A stretch of 54,819 bases of DNA from Abditibacteriaceae bacterium (GCA_031372065.1 JANMKN010000291.1:1-54819); one strand, 5' to 3'. Numbered from the stretch's first letter, positions 1 to 10,301 are shown. Notes: generated by a model not told the origin, from the letters alone. Program-made: numbers and translations.

Positions 1-17
1 GTCAATCGTCAATTGTT

Positions 18-644
18 ATGATTTTGCCTATTCGCATTTGGGGCGACCCTGTTTTGACCAAGCGCGCTGGCGCGGTTGACCGTGTTACCGCCGACGAGCG
101 CCGCCTGATTTCCAATATGATTGACACGATGGAAGCCGCCGATGGCGCGGGCCTTGCCGCTCCGCAAGTCGGCGTTTCCAAACGCATTTTCGTTTTCCGG
201 CGCGGCGACGATTTCCACGCGCTGATCAACCCGAAAATTTTGCGACGCGAAGGCAGCAAAATCGGCGACGAAGGCTGTCTTTCCATTCCCGGCGCGCAAG
301 CCAAAGTCGAACGATCCGCTAAAGTTCTCATTTCGGGCCGCGATCAAAAGGGCAAAGCCGTCGAATGGGAATGCGAAGACGGCGAAGAACAAGGCCGCGC
401 CGGTGCCGCTGTGCAACACGAACTCGACCATTTGGATGGCATTCTCTACGTCACCAAATGCGAACCCGACACGCTTTCGTGGCTGATTGAAAGCACCGAC
501 GAGGAAGGCGAAGAGATCATCGCGCTGCGCAAAATCACGCCCGATGAAATCCTGCAAGCCTACAAAACGCGCATTTTGCCCAAAGATTTGCACATCTCCG
601 ATATGCTCTACGAGCGTGTGATGGGCAAACACACAAAGAAGTGA
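18..644 (+). CDS. def: Peptide deformylase with C-terminal extension
   Basis: Motifs GAGLAAPQVG, EGCLSIPG and QHELDHLDG; lies upstream of fmt. Confidence 0.96.
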   Translation: MILPIRIWGDPVLTKRAGAVDRVTADERRLISNMIDTMEAADGAGLAAPQVGVSKRIFVFRRGDDFHALINPKILRREGSKIGDEGCLSIPGAQAKVERSAKVLISGRDQKGKAVEWECEDGEEQGRAGAAVQHELDHLDGILYVTKCEPDTLSWLIESTDEEGEEIIALRKITPDEILQAYKTRILPKDLHISDMLYERVMGKHTKK

Positions 645-979
645 AAATGCGAAAGGGTGAAGAAGCGCAAAATCGTTTTTCATCAGTCTTTGACAATTTG
701 CTTCGTCTATTTGCCACGACGATGCTGAGTATTTTGTCGGCGCGTTCTTGGAAGAGGAGGATTCTTCTTGCCTTGCTGTTTTTTACTCCACTGATACTGA
801 CCGGTGCCCTTCTTGCCAAAATTGAGTTCAGTCTTGAACCTGTTGACATTGGAACTTATAGCGTAAGCGGCCCGCGAACTCCGTGGGTAATCTTTCCTGG
901 CAAAGCGACTGTGCTTGCCGAGTTTGGTGGCTATAAGTTGTGGAAACGCAACGATCCACAATTTGGAATTGGTGGATAA
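641..979 (+). CDS. Small hypothetical single-TM protein between def and fmt
   Basis: GTG start overlaps the def stop (GTGA); hydrophobic segment ILLALLFFTPLILTGALL; more AT-rich than its neighbours. Confidence 0.5.
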   Translation: MKMRKGEEAQNRFSSVFDNLLRLFATTMLSILSARSWKRRILLALLFFTPLILTGALLAKIEFSLEPVDIGTYSVSGPRTPWVIFPGKATVLAEFGGYKLWKRNDPQFGIGG

Positions 980-1004
980 TATTGGCAGCGTTTTCGCTGG
1001 CGGT

Positions 1005-1250
1005 TTGGTGGTTTTCATCGCCGAGTAGGAAGTTTCGGCCCAAATGTTGGTCGTTTTTGCTGCCGGAGTGGTAGTTTTGGCCGAAGACTTGGTAGTTTCT
1101 GTTGCCGAGTAGGTAGTTTTACCTCCCGACATGGTAGTTTCGGCTGTCGGGCTGGTAGTTTTGCTTGCCGAGTTGGTAGTTTCGGCTCCCGACTTGGTAG
1201 TTCTGGCTCAGGAATTGGTAGTTTTCGTTGGCGAACAGGCAGTTTTTAAA
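1005..1250. repeat. 21-bp-period degenerate tandem array #1 (~12 units, core TTGGTAGTTT)
   Basis: Units start at 1005, 1026, 1047 ... 1236 with no indels, e.g. ttggtagtttctgttgccgag, ttggtagtttcggctcccgac, ttggtagttttcgttggcgaa. Confidence 0.95.
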
Positions 1251-1252
1251 CC

Positions 1253-2197
1253 ATGAGACTTGTTTTTATGGGCACGCCCGCTTTAGCGGTGCCCTGCCTT
1301 GATGTTTTGCGCGAAGATCACGAAATCGCGCTGGTCGTCACGCAACCGGATAAACCCGCCGGGCGCGGCAATAAATTGGCGCCTTCGGCAGTAAAAACGC
1401 GCGCGATTGAACTCGGTTTACCCGTTGCCCAACCCGAAAAGGCGCGCGAGGCAGCATTTTTAGAAGAATTGCGCGCCACGCGGCCCGAAGGCATCGCGGT
1501 GGTGGCTTACGGACAGATTTTGCCGAACGCCATTTTGGAAATGCCGCTCGAATTTCATCCGCACGGCGGTTGCGTCAATTTGCATTATTCGTTGCTCCCA
1601 CGCTGGCGCGGCGCGGCGCCGGTGCAGCACGCGCTCTTAAACGGCGACAAAATCACTGGCGTGACGTGTCAGCACATGGCGCAAAAACTCGATGCGGGCG
1701 AGATTATTTTGCAGAGAGAAGTGCCAATTTTGCCGGACGAAACCACCGGCGATTTATGGCAGCGCCTGACGCCCATTGGCGCCGACGCATTGCGCGAGGC
1801 CATGAAAATGCTCGAAGCCGGAAGCGCGCCGCGCATGGTGCAAGATGAAGCGCAAATCACTTACGCCTCTATGCTTTCCAAAGAAGATGGCCGCCTGAAC
1901 TGGAGCGATAACGCAGCAAATCTTCACAATCGCGCTCGCGCCGTCAATCCGTGGCCGGGGGCGTGGTGCGAATACCAAGGCGAAGTGCTTAAAATCTGGC
2001 GCACGCAAGTTTTGGAAGGCAATTACGGCGGCGCCATTCCCGGCGCGATTTTAAAAGTCGAAGACGAAGCGATGTGCGTGCAAACCGGCGACGGCATTTT
2101 GCGCCTTTTAGAAGTGCAAGCGGCAGGCAAACCGCGCATGAATCCCGCCGCGTGGGCACGCGGCCACCATGCCGGTAGTGGAAAAAAATTCGATTAA
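1253..2197 (+). CDS. fmt: Methionyl-tRNA formyltransferase
   Basis: MRLVFMGTP, VVTQPDKPAGRG, VVAYGQIL and HYSLLPRWRGAAP motifs. Confidence 0.97.
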   Translation: MRLVFMGTPALAVPCLDVLREDHEIALVVTQPDKPAGRGNKLAPSAVKTRAIELGLPVAQPEKAREAAFLEELRATRPEGIAVVAYGQILPNAILEMPLEFHPHGGCVNLHYSLLPRWRGAAPVQHALLNGDKITGVTCQHMAQKLDAGEIILQREVPILPDETTGDLWQRLTPIGADALREAMKMLEAGSAPRMVQDEAQITYASMLSKEDGRLNWSDNAANLHNRARAVNPWPGAWCEYQGEVLKIWRTQVLEGNYGGAIPGAILKVEDEAMCVQTGDGILRLLEVQAAGKPRMNPAAWARGHHAGSGKKFD

Positions 2198-2205
2198 GGC
2201 ACATT

Positions 2206-3084
2206 ATGAAACTGAGCGAAGAACAAGTGCAAGCCTTTCGCGAAGAAGGCGTTGTTGTCGTGGAACACGTTGTCGCGGACGACGATTTGGTGCCGTTGAT
2301 TGCCGCTTATGAAAATTGGATTGATCGCCGCGCGTGGGATTTGAAAGAAGCAGGCGAAATTCGCGATTTGCACGAAGACGAACCTTTTGAAAAGCGCGTC
2401 GGTTTGCTTTACGAGCAAACGCCACACATCACCGATGGTCTCGACATCATGCAAGCGCGTTTGCCGCAGATGTTCGATTTTCTGCACAACGAACATCTGC
2501 TCGATGCCGTTGAATCGCTAATCGGCCCCGAAATCACTTGCTCGCCGATTCAACATATTCGCGCCAAGCCTCCAGCGAAGGCATCCGGCACTGGTGCGGG
2601 CTTTTTCAATGTGCCGTGGCATCAAGATTCAGGCGTGACATGGGACGAAGCGGACAATTCGGAAATCGTTACTTGCTGGATGGCATTGGTGGATGCGACC
2701 ATCGAAAACGGCTGCATGGAAGTGTTGCCCGGCGCGTGGAAGCGGGGGCATCTCACGCATCAAGCCGAAGGCGGCACGACGATTCGCCCCGATTTGATGC
2801 CAGAAATCACGCCGCGTCCGGTTCCGGTCAAAAAAGGCGGCATCGTTTTCATGCATCGCCACACGCCGCACCGTTCGACACCGAACTTTTCCGACCATGT
2901 GCGTTGGAGTCTCGATATGCGCTTCCAACCGGCAGGCACGCCAACGGGCCGCCCCTTTCATCCCGATTTTATCGCGCGCAGCGAATCGAATCCCAACAGT
3001 GTTTTGACCGATTGGGCGATTTGGGATCAAATGTGGGCCGAGGCTTTAGCCAAGCCAATGCCAACAGCGCATCGTGTGAAATAA
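2206..3084 (+). CDS. Phytanoyl-CoA dioxygenase (PhyH) family Fe(II)/2OG dioxygenase
   Basis: PWHQD (HxD), W.ALVDATIENGCM.V.PG, distal H-R-S-x-x-N and RWSLD.R. Confidence 0.9.
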   Translation: MKLSEEQVQAFREEGVVVVEHVVADDDLVPLIAAYENWIDRRAWDLKEAGEIRDLHEDEPFEKRVGLLYEQTPHITDGLDIMQARLPQMFDFLHNEHLLDAVESLIGPEITCSPIQHIRAKPPAKASGTGAGFFNVPWHQDSGVTWDEADNSEIVTCWMALVDATIENGCMEVLPGAWKRGHLTHQAEGGTTIRPDLMPEITPRPVPVKKGGIVFMHRHTPHRSTPNFSDHVRWSLDMRFQPAGTPTGRPFHPDFIARSESNPNSVLTDWAIWDQMWAEALAKPMPTAHRVK

Positions 3085-3085
3085 G

Positions 3086-4285
3086 ATGAATGCAAAATTT
3101 TCGTTTTCACAGCTTTTCGCGGCGCTTTTCCTTGGTGTGGTTTCTTATGCTTCGCAGGCCAATCAAACGATGTGGAATCTCGACCAGCTTTCGCAAGCGC
3201 CGAAAACGTATCCCGCGCCGGAGTGGAAAGAAGCCGGAATTGAGGCCCTATTTTACGAGACATTGCCGTGGAAAGGCCAGCCGACGCGCGCGTTTGCGTG
3301 GATAGGAATGCCCGAACACGCACCCGGCGAAAAAGTGCCCGCGATGGTTTTGGTGCATGGCGGCGGTGGCACTGCTTTCGCTGATTGGGTTCGTTTGTGG
3401 ACAAAACGCGGCTACGCGGCGATTGCGATGGACACTTGCGGAAGTCTGCCGGGCGGCGAGCATGGCAAGCGTCCGCGCCACGAATTTGGCGGCCCGCCGG
3501 GTTGGGGCGGTTTCGACCAAATTGACGGGCCAATTGAAGACCAATGGACATATCACGCTGTCGCCGATGTCATTTTGGCGCACTCGCTTTTGCGCTCACA
3601 GCCCGAAGTGGATGCCAATCGCATTGGCATCACCGGCATTTCGTGGGGCGGTTATTTAACGTGCATTGTGGCGGGCGTAGACAATCGTTTTCAATTTGCC
3701 GCGCCGGTTTATGGCTGCGGTTTTCTCGGCGAAAATTCGACGTGGAAAGGCGCACTGGACGGCATGAAAGAGCGCGGCCAAACGTGGCTGAAACTGTGGG
3801 ATCCGTCGGTTTATTTGCTCGACGCCAAAATGCCGTTTTTGTGGGTGGATGGCACCAACGATTTCGCGTATCCGCTGGATTCGGTGCAGAAATCTTATCG
3901 CGCCGCGCCGGGAACGGACACGCTTTGCACCAAACTGCGAATGCCGCACGGCCACGGCGGGCCGGGCGAAAATCCCGAAGAAATTCATGCCTTTGCCAAC
4001 ACCTTTCTAAAAGGCGGCGCACCGCTGGCGAAAATCGAAAAGTCAGGTCACGACGACAAAACTGCGTGGGCCACTTTCACAGCGCAAACGCTGATTGTTA
4101 AAGGTGAATTGCTTTATACCAAAGCCTCAACCGGCCCTTGGCATGAGCGTTTGTGGGAAACCGCGCCCGCGCCAATCGAAAACAACAAAGCCAGCGCACC
4201 TTTACCCGATGGCGCAGTAGCGTGGTTTTTTAATCTCACTGACGAGCGCGGTTTAATCGTCAGTAGCGAGATGGAGCAAAGGTAA
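3086..4285 (+). CDS. Secreted alpha/beta hydrolase (acetylxylan-esterase-like)
   Basis: Signal peptide; VLVHGGGG oxyanion loop; GISWGG nucleophile elbow. Confidence 0.85.
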   Translation: MNAKFSFSQLFAALFLGVVSYASQANQTMWNLDQLSQAPKTYPAPEWKEAGIEALFYETLPWKGQPTRAFAWIGMPEHAPGEKVPAMVLVHGGGGTAFADWVRLWTKRGYAAIAMDTCGSLPGGEHGKRPRHEFGGPPGWGGFDQIDGPIEDQWTYHAVADVILAHSLLRSQPEVDANRIGITGISWGGYLTCIVAGVDNRFQFAAPVYGCGFLGENSTWKGALDGMKERGQTWLKLWDPSVYLLDAKMPFLWVDGTNDFAYPLDSVQKSYRAAPGTDTLCTKLRMPHGHGGPGENPEEIHAFANTFLKGGAPLAKIEKSGHDDKTAWATFTAQTLIVKGELLYTKASTGPWHERLWETAPAPIENNKASAPLPDGAVAWFFNLTDERGLIVSSEMEQR

Positions 4286-4305
4286 TCGTAGACAGTTCAA
4301 TCTCT

Positions 4306-5769
4306 TTAAGCCGCTGGCCCCAATGTAATGAAGGCGACGGATGGGCTTTGCAGCGTTAGCGAAAGCAGATTCCATTCGCCCAATTGCGCGCCGTCGTTGA
4401 CTGGCGTCAATTCGTGTTTTTCGTCCACAAGGCGCACCGATTGAATGGCGGCTTTGGGCCACGGCAAACCTTCCAATTTAAGGCGAAGCGGGTTTTGCAC
4501 TGCGATATAATTGCTCACCAAAATGCTGGCTGTTTTTCTATCGGTGGCGAGTCCGGCAGCGACAGCAAAGCCACTTGGCACCGCGCCGCTGACATGAGCG
4601 CGTTCGGGCGTATCCAGCAAGCGGCGAAAGGCCAACATTCCAAAGTAATTTTTGTAGGGCACGCCGCTTTCATCGAATAATCCCCATCCGCCCTGCTCGC
4701 CATGAAAAAACGTGGCGCCGTCAACGGGCGCATCTTGCAAGCCGATTAACACTGCCGCGTTATAAGCCGCCGCTTCGGGGCCAACCATGCGTTCATACCA
4801 GCGCTGGCGCACTTTCGCATCGGCAGTGCGCGAAATCGGCCCCCAATCCCAATCGGGAATACAGCGCCATTCGTCCAAGTAGCTTTCCGCTTTTTCAAAG
4901 CCATATTCGTTCAGCATCCGGCGAATATGATGGGCGCGTGTGGGCAGTTCATTGGGATTATTATGAGCCGAATAACAATGCCACGAGAAAAAATCGAGTG
5001 GTAATTTTTCGCGCTGACAGGTTCCCAGAAAACCGGTCAAAATCGCCGATGGTTTCAATTGGTCGCCCATTAAATCGCCAGTGATGCCGATGCCGGGGCC
5101 ACCAATCATCAAATTGGGAAACGCGGCTTTTAGAGCGCGCGAAACAACCGTGTAAAAGGCGAAAAACTGCTCATCGGTGCCTGTCCATTGGGCCGGACGC
5201 GTTTCCGGCTCGTTCCAAATCTCCCAGCGGCGAATGCCATATTGAAAACCGTTGGCCCAACCTTCGTTGTAATGCCGTATGATGCCTTTGGCGGCCTCGG
5301 CCCAGCGCGCCGGGTCTTTGGGCGGGTTGACAAAACGCTTAATCGTGGTGTGTTCGATGGTTTCGCCCAGACGAAACAAAATCTCCGAACCCGTTTCCCG
5401 AATCGCCGCGATATATTCATCGGTCATGGCGAAATCGTAGTTTTCAGGTTTCGATGGGTCGGCATTCGGGTCGGGAAAAACGACGTGCATATCCACCACG
5501 TCAGGAATCGGCCAATGGCAATCGTGCGTGCGTGTCAGCGGCACGCCCAGTTCGCGATGCGCCGCGATGACATCCACCAAACCGCCCGCTCCCAGCGGCC
5601 CTTTATTGACACCCTGCAAAGCCTTAAAGCGGCTGACCGGCGTGCGAAAATCAACGATAGGCGCCTCGGTTTCTGCCGCCGCTGCCGAACGTGCAATTAA
5701 ATTCGTCGGCACCGCTGCCAATGCTGTTACACCCGCCACTTGTTTTAAAAACTTTCTGCGATTGCTCAT
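4306..5769 (-). CDS. Tat-exported GH39-like glycoside hydrolase
   Basis: SNRRKFLK Tat motif; WEIWNEP acid/base; DFFSWHCY; LDEW nucleophile region. Start could be 5781. Confidence 0.8.
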   Translation of the reverse strand: MSNRRKFLKQVAGVTALAAVPTNLIARSAAAAETEAPIVDFRTPVSRFKALQGVNKGPLGAGGLVDVIAAHRELGVPLTRTHDCHWPIPDVVDMHVVFPDPNADPSKPENYDFAMTDEYIAAIRETGSEILFRLGETIEHTTIKRFVNPPKDPARWAEAAKGIIRHYNEGWANGFQYGIRRWEIWNEPETRPAQWTGTDEQFFAFYTVVSRALKAAFPNLMIGGPGIGITGDLMGDQLKPSAILTGFLGTCQREKLPLDFFSWHCYSAHNNPNELPTRAHHIRRMLNEYGFEKAESYLDEWRCIPDWDWGPISRTADAKVRQRWYERMVGPEAAAYNAAVLIGLQDAPVDGATFFHGEQGGWGLFDESGVPYKNYFGMLAFRRLLDTPERAHVSGAVPSGFAVAAGLATDRKTASILVSNYIAVQNPLRLKLEGLPWPKAAIQSVRLVDEKHELTPVNDGAQLGEWNLLSLTLQSPSVAFITLGPAA

Positions 5770-5777
5770 TTTGTTTT

Positions 5778-6046
5778 TCAATTATCCTTTTTCCGTTGCC
5801 TCATCAAACTTCCAATCAGCGCAATACCCATGAGGGCAAAAAGAATCAGCGTCGCCAAAATCCCAATCGGCGTGCGCGCATTATTGGAAAGTGCAATCAG
5901 CAGAATATCCAGAGACGACATAGGCCCCGAATAAATAGGCCCACCAGCATAAGCCATAATCCAACGTGGCACAATGACCACAGAAACATTGTGCCCGCAA
6001 AGAGTAAGACACTGGCTAAGGCCAGAAACATTTGCAAGATTTTCAC
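5778..6046 (-). pseudogene. Small membrane protein, possibly split by a frameshift near 5985
   Basis: A hydrophobic N-terminal part in one frame (GTG 6046, KILQMFLALASVLLFAGTMFL) and a hydrophobic C-terminal part in another (5981-5778). Confidence 0.3.
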
Positions 6047-6060
6047 AAAATCATCTCAAC

Positions 6061-8529
6061 TCACGCAATCACTTCTTGCAATTCCTGACCGTCTTTTAAA
6101 ATCTGCACTTTATCAGAAACTAACTCGCCGACATCGCGCACTTCCAATTTTTGCAGGCGAATCTGGCCGCCGCGCACCTGCAAATGAACTTTGTAGCCTT
6201 TGGCGTTTGGCTCTTGCGAAAACGTGCCCCACGCCTCGCCGGTTGACCAAAACCACGTTGTTTTTTGCGGCGCGGCATCGAAAATCATTGTGCCCGTCAC
6301 GGCAGAGTATTCAAAGCCGGTAAAAGCCAAAACTTCGGCCCAACTCGCCATCGCGCGGGCGTAATGATGGCCGCATTCGGCTTCATCGAACGGACTGCGC
6401 TTGCGCCCATCGTAGCGCTCGCGGATGGCGCTTATCACTTTTAAGGCGTCGTCGGTTTGACGCTCGTAAATCATGTGCGCAGCGGCAGTGTGTTCAAAGC
6501 CTGTCATCACTTCGTTGCAATACGGAAAAGGCCGCTGAGGTCGCCGCCCACGCGGATAAGTCGCCATCAACATGGCGCCTTCACCCGCCAAAACATAAGA
6601 GCGCATATGGTTAAAATGGCCGTGCAAATCGCTTTGAAAATTGTATTTCATCAATGATTTCAAAGTGCGTTGCACGTTTTTCGGCTTCAGCAAATAACCC
6701 AAGCCACAAACGTGTGCGAAGCATTGTCCGACCAGTTGATCTATCAAACAACCGGCGCCCAGTTGCAATTCCGGCTCATCAAGATTTTGCGCGCCCATGT
6801 TTTCGTGGCGCAAGCCAAGCGCGATTTTGGTGTTATGCGGCGGGCGAATTTGGTGCTCGTAATACTCGCCGTTGAACAAATGCTTATCAATCCACGCGCT
6901 GCCGTTTTCGGCTAAGGCGCGACATTTTTCGGCGAAATCGGCTTCACCCAAATAGCGCGCCATTTCTTCGCAGGCACGCAAGGCGCCCAAATACCACGTC
7001 CCCATTTGCGGATTGGGGCCGTAATATTCCACATCCATTGTGTTGTGCTGACAGCCTTCCATCACGCCATCGCAATCGGCGTCCCAACCGCCGGGAATCC
7101 AGCAAAACTCCAAACTATCTTTGGCTTTGGGCCAGAGATTTCGCAGCATTCCATCGTCGCCGCTCAGTTGCCAATCGCGGTAGAGTTTCATCAGGCATCC
7201 CATTTGTCCATCGGCAGCAGCCAGTTTCCAATCGGGCGCGGCAGACAGCGGTAAGTCCACGCGAAAATCCATGCGGCCCGCTTCGCGGGTGGCCTGAGAA
7301 AATTCGATTTCGCGCATCGAACGCGACAAATCGCCGAATAAAAACGCCGTCGCTTGCTCGTAATTCCAAACGTGCGTGCAAGAACCGTGACAGCAGCCGC
7401 CCTTATCGGAGCAGCCTTCCCAACCCCAAAAGCGCCCGTCGGAGGTGCGAAAACACGTCTGTGTGCGCAGCGTGCTGGTGTTGAAAAGCGCGGCCTCTTT
7501 GACGACTGCGGGCAAATCGCTTTCGCAAAAAGCGCTCACCCAATTCAGCGTTTCATTTTCGAGTTTGGCAAGGCGCGGCGCGGTTTTTTCGATTGTCTCC
7601 CACGCATCAGCGAACTTTGTCGCGTAATAGTTGCCGACAGTCGCTTCGCGCGGGCCTGTCCACGTTTTGCGATTGGGAAAGTGCCACGCCAATACAAAAG
7701 TAATCGCTTGCGATTCGCGCGGCGTGAGTTTGATTTTGGCGCACAATGAAGCCGTTGGATCATTGACAGTTGATTCGCCGTTTTCCAAATCGCCATCTTC
7801 GGAAAAATCATCCCAAAAATCCAGCAGCGAATCACCCCAATTGTAGTTCGCCCACGCCGTGCGATGCGTCACTTTTTTCGCGTTTGTCGCAATCGCCATT
7901 GTGCCGAACTGCTCGGATTCGGGCGCGACGCCTTCGGACGATAGAAACACGCCTTGCCATTTGCCTTTGCGAAATTCGTTGCGGTTTTTGTCGGACTTGC
8001 CGTTGCTGCCATCTTGCCCGATGAAATTCGCCAGCGAAAAGCAAAGCGCGGTTTCGAGCGGCTTGTTGGTTTTATTGGTCAGCGTCCAGCGAAAAACCGC
8101 AAGTGGCAAGCCGCTGCTTTGGGAGTCGCCAACTATCATCGGATTAAAGGCTTGCAAGCGCGCTTTCACGGGCACAGCCGTATCGGACAAAACCACTTGA
8201 CCGAAAGGATAAGCCGCTTCAAAAGTGCAATCGCGAAAGCGCGGCAGCGAATGGTTGGGCAAAGCGCAGCCAAACGCGCCTTCGTAATCTTCGGGCGCAA
8301 TATCGCCTTCGAGACAGCGCGTGATGGCTTCATTGCCTTCGGGCTTGGCCCACAGCGCGAAAAACGCGCGCGGCGTAAAGCCTTTAGCCGGGCGATTGAC
8401 AATTTCCCAGTCACGCAAATCGCCGCGCCCGCCCAGCGAAATCGTCCCCGTCCCGATGCCGCCCAGCGGCAACGCCACGCGGCGCAAAAACGCGCCTTCA
8501 TACGTTTTCAAAACCGGCCAGTTTGCCAT
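6061..8529 (-). CDS. GH116 family glycoside hydrolase (non-lysosomal glucosylceramidase-like)
   Basis: ALPLGGIGTG N-terminus; GWEG..CCHGSCTHVWNY; HNTMDVE; ECGHHYARAMASW. Confidence 0.9.
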   Translation of the reverse strand: MANWPVLKTYEGAFLRRVALPLGGIGTGTISLGGRGDLRDWEIVNRPAKGFTPRAFFALWAKPEGNEAITRCLEGDIAPEDYEGAFGCALPNHSLPRFRDCTFEAAYPFGQVVLSDTAVPVKARLQAFNPMIVGDSQSSGLPLAVFRWTLTNKTNKPLETALCFSLANFIGQDGSNGKSDKNRNEFRKGKWQGVFLSSEGVAPESEQFGTMAIATNAKKVTHRTAWANYNWGDSLLDFWDDFSEDGDLENGESTVNDPTASLCAKIKLTPRESQAITFVLAWHFPNRKTWTGPREATVGNYYATKFADAWETIEKTAPRLAKLENETLNWVSAFCESDLPAVVKEAALFNTSTLRTQTCFRTSDGRFWGWEGCSDKGGCCHGSCTHVWNYEQATAFLFGDLSRSMREIEFSQATREAGRMDFRVDLPLSAAPDWKLAAADGQMGCLMKLYRDWQLSGDDGMLRNLWPKAKDSLEFCWIPGGWDADCDGVMEGCQHNTMDVEYYGPNPQMGTWYLGALRACEEMARYLGEADFAEKCRALAENGSAWIDKHLFNGEYYEHQIRPPHNTKIALGLRHENMGAQNLDEPELQLGAGCLIDQLVGQCFAHVCGLGYLLKPKNVQRTLKSLMKYNFQSDLHGHFNHMRSYVLAGEGAMLMATYPRGRRPQRPFPYCNEVMTGFEHTAAAHMIYERQTDDALKVISAIRERYDGRKRSPFDEAECGHHYARAMASWAEVLAFTGFEYSAVTGTMIFDAAPQKTTWFWSTGEAWGTFSQEPNAKGYKVHLQVRGGQIRLQKLEVRDVGELVSDKVQILKDGQELQEVIA

Positions 8530-8566
8530 GTATGTTCCTGATTGTCCTTGATGTTGCAGCGGAGTT

Positions 8567-10159
8567 TTAACGCAAATCTACTTGGCGGGCGCCGAATAAA
8601 TCGTCTTGGGCGTCCAATTCGGCGATGACTTCGGGCGGCACCGGGCCGTCGAGATTGAGCACCATAACAGCGCGCTCGCCCACGGCGGTGCGGCCCACTT
8701 GCATTCCCGAAATGTTGACGCCCGCTTTGCCGATGAGCGTGCCGACGCGACCAATCATGCCGGGCTTATCGGTGTTGGGAATCATCAAAAGCGTGCCTTC
8801 GGGCCGCACATCCACGCGCAAGCCTTGAATCTTCACAATGGTCGGCTCTTTTTCATTGAAAATGGTGCCGTCCACCTCACGCGTGCGCTCGTGCCCATCG
8901 TCGTTGCGCACCACGCGCGTTTCGACAAGATTAGCGTAATCGTCGCTGCGATCACATTTGATTTCGGTAATCGTCACGCCGCGCGATTGCGCCAAAGTCG
9001 GCGCGTTGACATAGCTGACAGGCTGCTCGAACGAGCCTTGCAGCAAGCCTTTGAGAAAAACGCGCGTTAAAACACCTGTATCATAGGTGCTTAAATCGCC
9101 GCAATAGCGCAGTTCGACGCTTTCGAGGCGACCATCGGCAAGAGCGCCTTGAATGCGGCCCAATTTGTCCATCAGCGGCAAAAAGGGCGCGACGAACTGG
9201 CGGCTTTCGGGCGGCAAAGCGGGCAAATTGACCGCGCTTTGCGGCGGATTTCCCGCGAAAACATCGGCGATTTGCCGCGCCACATCTAACGCCACTTCGC
9301 TTTGCGCTTCTTCGGTGGATGCGCCCAAATGCGGCGTGAGAACCACATTCGGCAAATCGCGCAGCGGCAAATCTTGCGGCGGCTCTTGTTCGTAAACATC
9401 CAAGCCCGCGCCGCCGAGCTTGCCACTTTTCAAGGCTTCATAAAGCGCGGTTTCATCAATAATTCCGCCGCGCGAGCAATTAATCAAAAACGCGCCGTCT
9501 TTCATGCGCGCCATGCGTTCGGCGTTGAAAAGATGCTTGGTATCTTTGGTCAGCGGCGTGTGAATTGTAATAAAATCGGCGCGCTCGCAGATTTCGTCAA
9601 TGGTCAGCGCTTCGATGCCGAGGTCTTTGGCGCGCTGTGTGGTGAGAAACGGGTCGTAACCCAAAACGTGCATCCCAAAACTTTGCGCGCGTTTGATGAC
9701 TTCGCTGCCGATGCGCCCGACGCCGATAACGCCGAGCGTTTTGCCCAAAACCTGCGTGCCCATCAGCGACGAGCGTTTCCACTGGCCCTGCGCCATGCTT
9801 TGCGTGGCCGGCACCACATTGCGCACCAGCGACAGCATCATACCCAGCACCAGTTCCGCGACGGCGATGGTGTTGCCGCCCGGCGAATTCACCACAATCA
9901 CGCCGCGCTCGGTGGCCGCTTCGACATCAATGTTGTCCACGCCGACACCGGCGCGTCCGATGATCTGCAACTTCGTCGCGGCTTCGAGAACCGCGCGCGT
10001 AATCTTGGTGGCCGAACGCACCATCAGGCCATCATAATCGCCGACAATGGCGACTAATTCGGCTTCTTTGAGGCCGGTTTTAATATCAACTTCGGCAGCG
10101 TTACGCAAAATCTGCACGCCATCTTCGGCAATGGCGTCGCAAATGAGAACTTTAGGCAT
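8567..10159 (-). CDS. serA: D-3-phosphoglycerate dehydrogenase with ACT domain
   Basis: RAGVGVDNID, GVGRIG, TPHLGASTEEAQ; C-terminal ACT (DKPGMIGRVG). Confidence 0.96.
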   Translation of the reverse strand: MPKVLICDAIAEDGVQILRNAAEVDIKTGLKEAELVAIVGDYDGLMVRSATKITRAVLEAATKLQIIGRAGVGVDNIDVEAATERGVIVVNSPGGNTIAVAELVLGMMLSLVRNVVPATQSMAQGQWKRSSLMGTQVLGKTLGVIGVGRIGSEVIKRAQSFGMHVLGYDPFLTTQRAKDLGIEALTIDEICERADFITIHTPLTKDTKHLFNAERMARMKDGAFLINCSRGGIIDETALYEALKSGKLGGAGLDVYEQEPPQDLPLRDLPNVVLTPHLGASTEEAQSEVALDVARQIADVFAGNPPQSAVNLPALPPESRQFVAPFLPLMDKLGRIQGALADGRLESVELRYCGDLSTYDTGVLTRVFLKGLLQGSFEQPVSYVNAPTLAQSRGVTITEIKCDRSDDYANLVETRVVRNDDGHERTREVDGTIFNEKEPTIVKIQGLRVDVRPEGTLLMIPNTDKPGMIGRVGTLIGKAGVNISGMQVGRTAVGERAVMVLNLDGPVPPEVIAELDAQDDLFGARQVDLR

Positions 10160-10301
10160 GGGAAAATCTCGCTTGTGAATTTTTGCACAGTGTAACAGCC
10201 AAAGCCGTTAGCGAGAACAACCGCGAACGCAAAGAATTCAATGATTTTATGGCGCGTTGCCCTATAGAACTTCGGCTTATTCTCATGAAGAATCAAGCTC
10301 A

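Noticed and set aside
707..1132. Minus-strand Thr/Lys-rich ORF, and similar array-spanning ORFs (10940-11158, 32337-32675, 40805-41071)
   Set aside because: These are by-products of a repeat whose period is a multiple of 3. They have no clear RBS, and some overlap or oppose real genes.
1005..1250. CRISPR array interpretation of the 21-bp arrays
   Set aside because: The period is far too short, the conserved core is only ~10 nt, the variable parts are mutually similar, and no cas genes are in the window.
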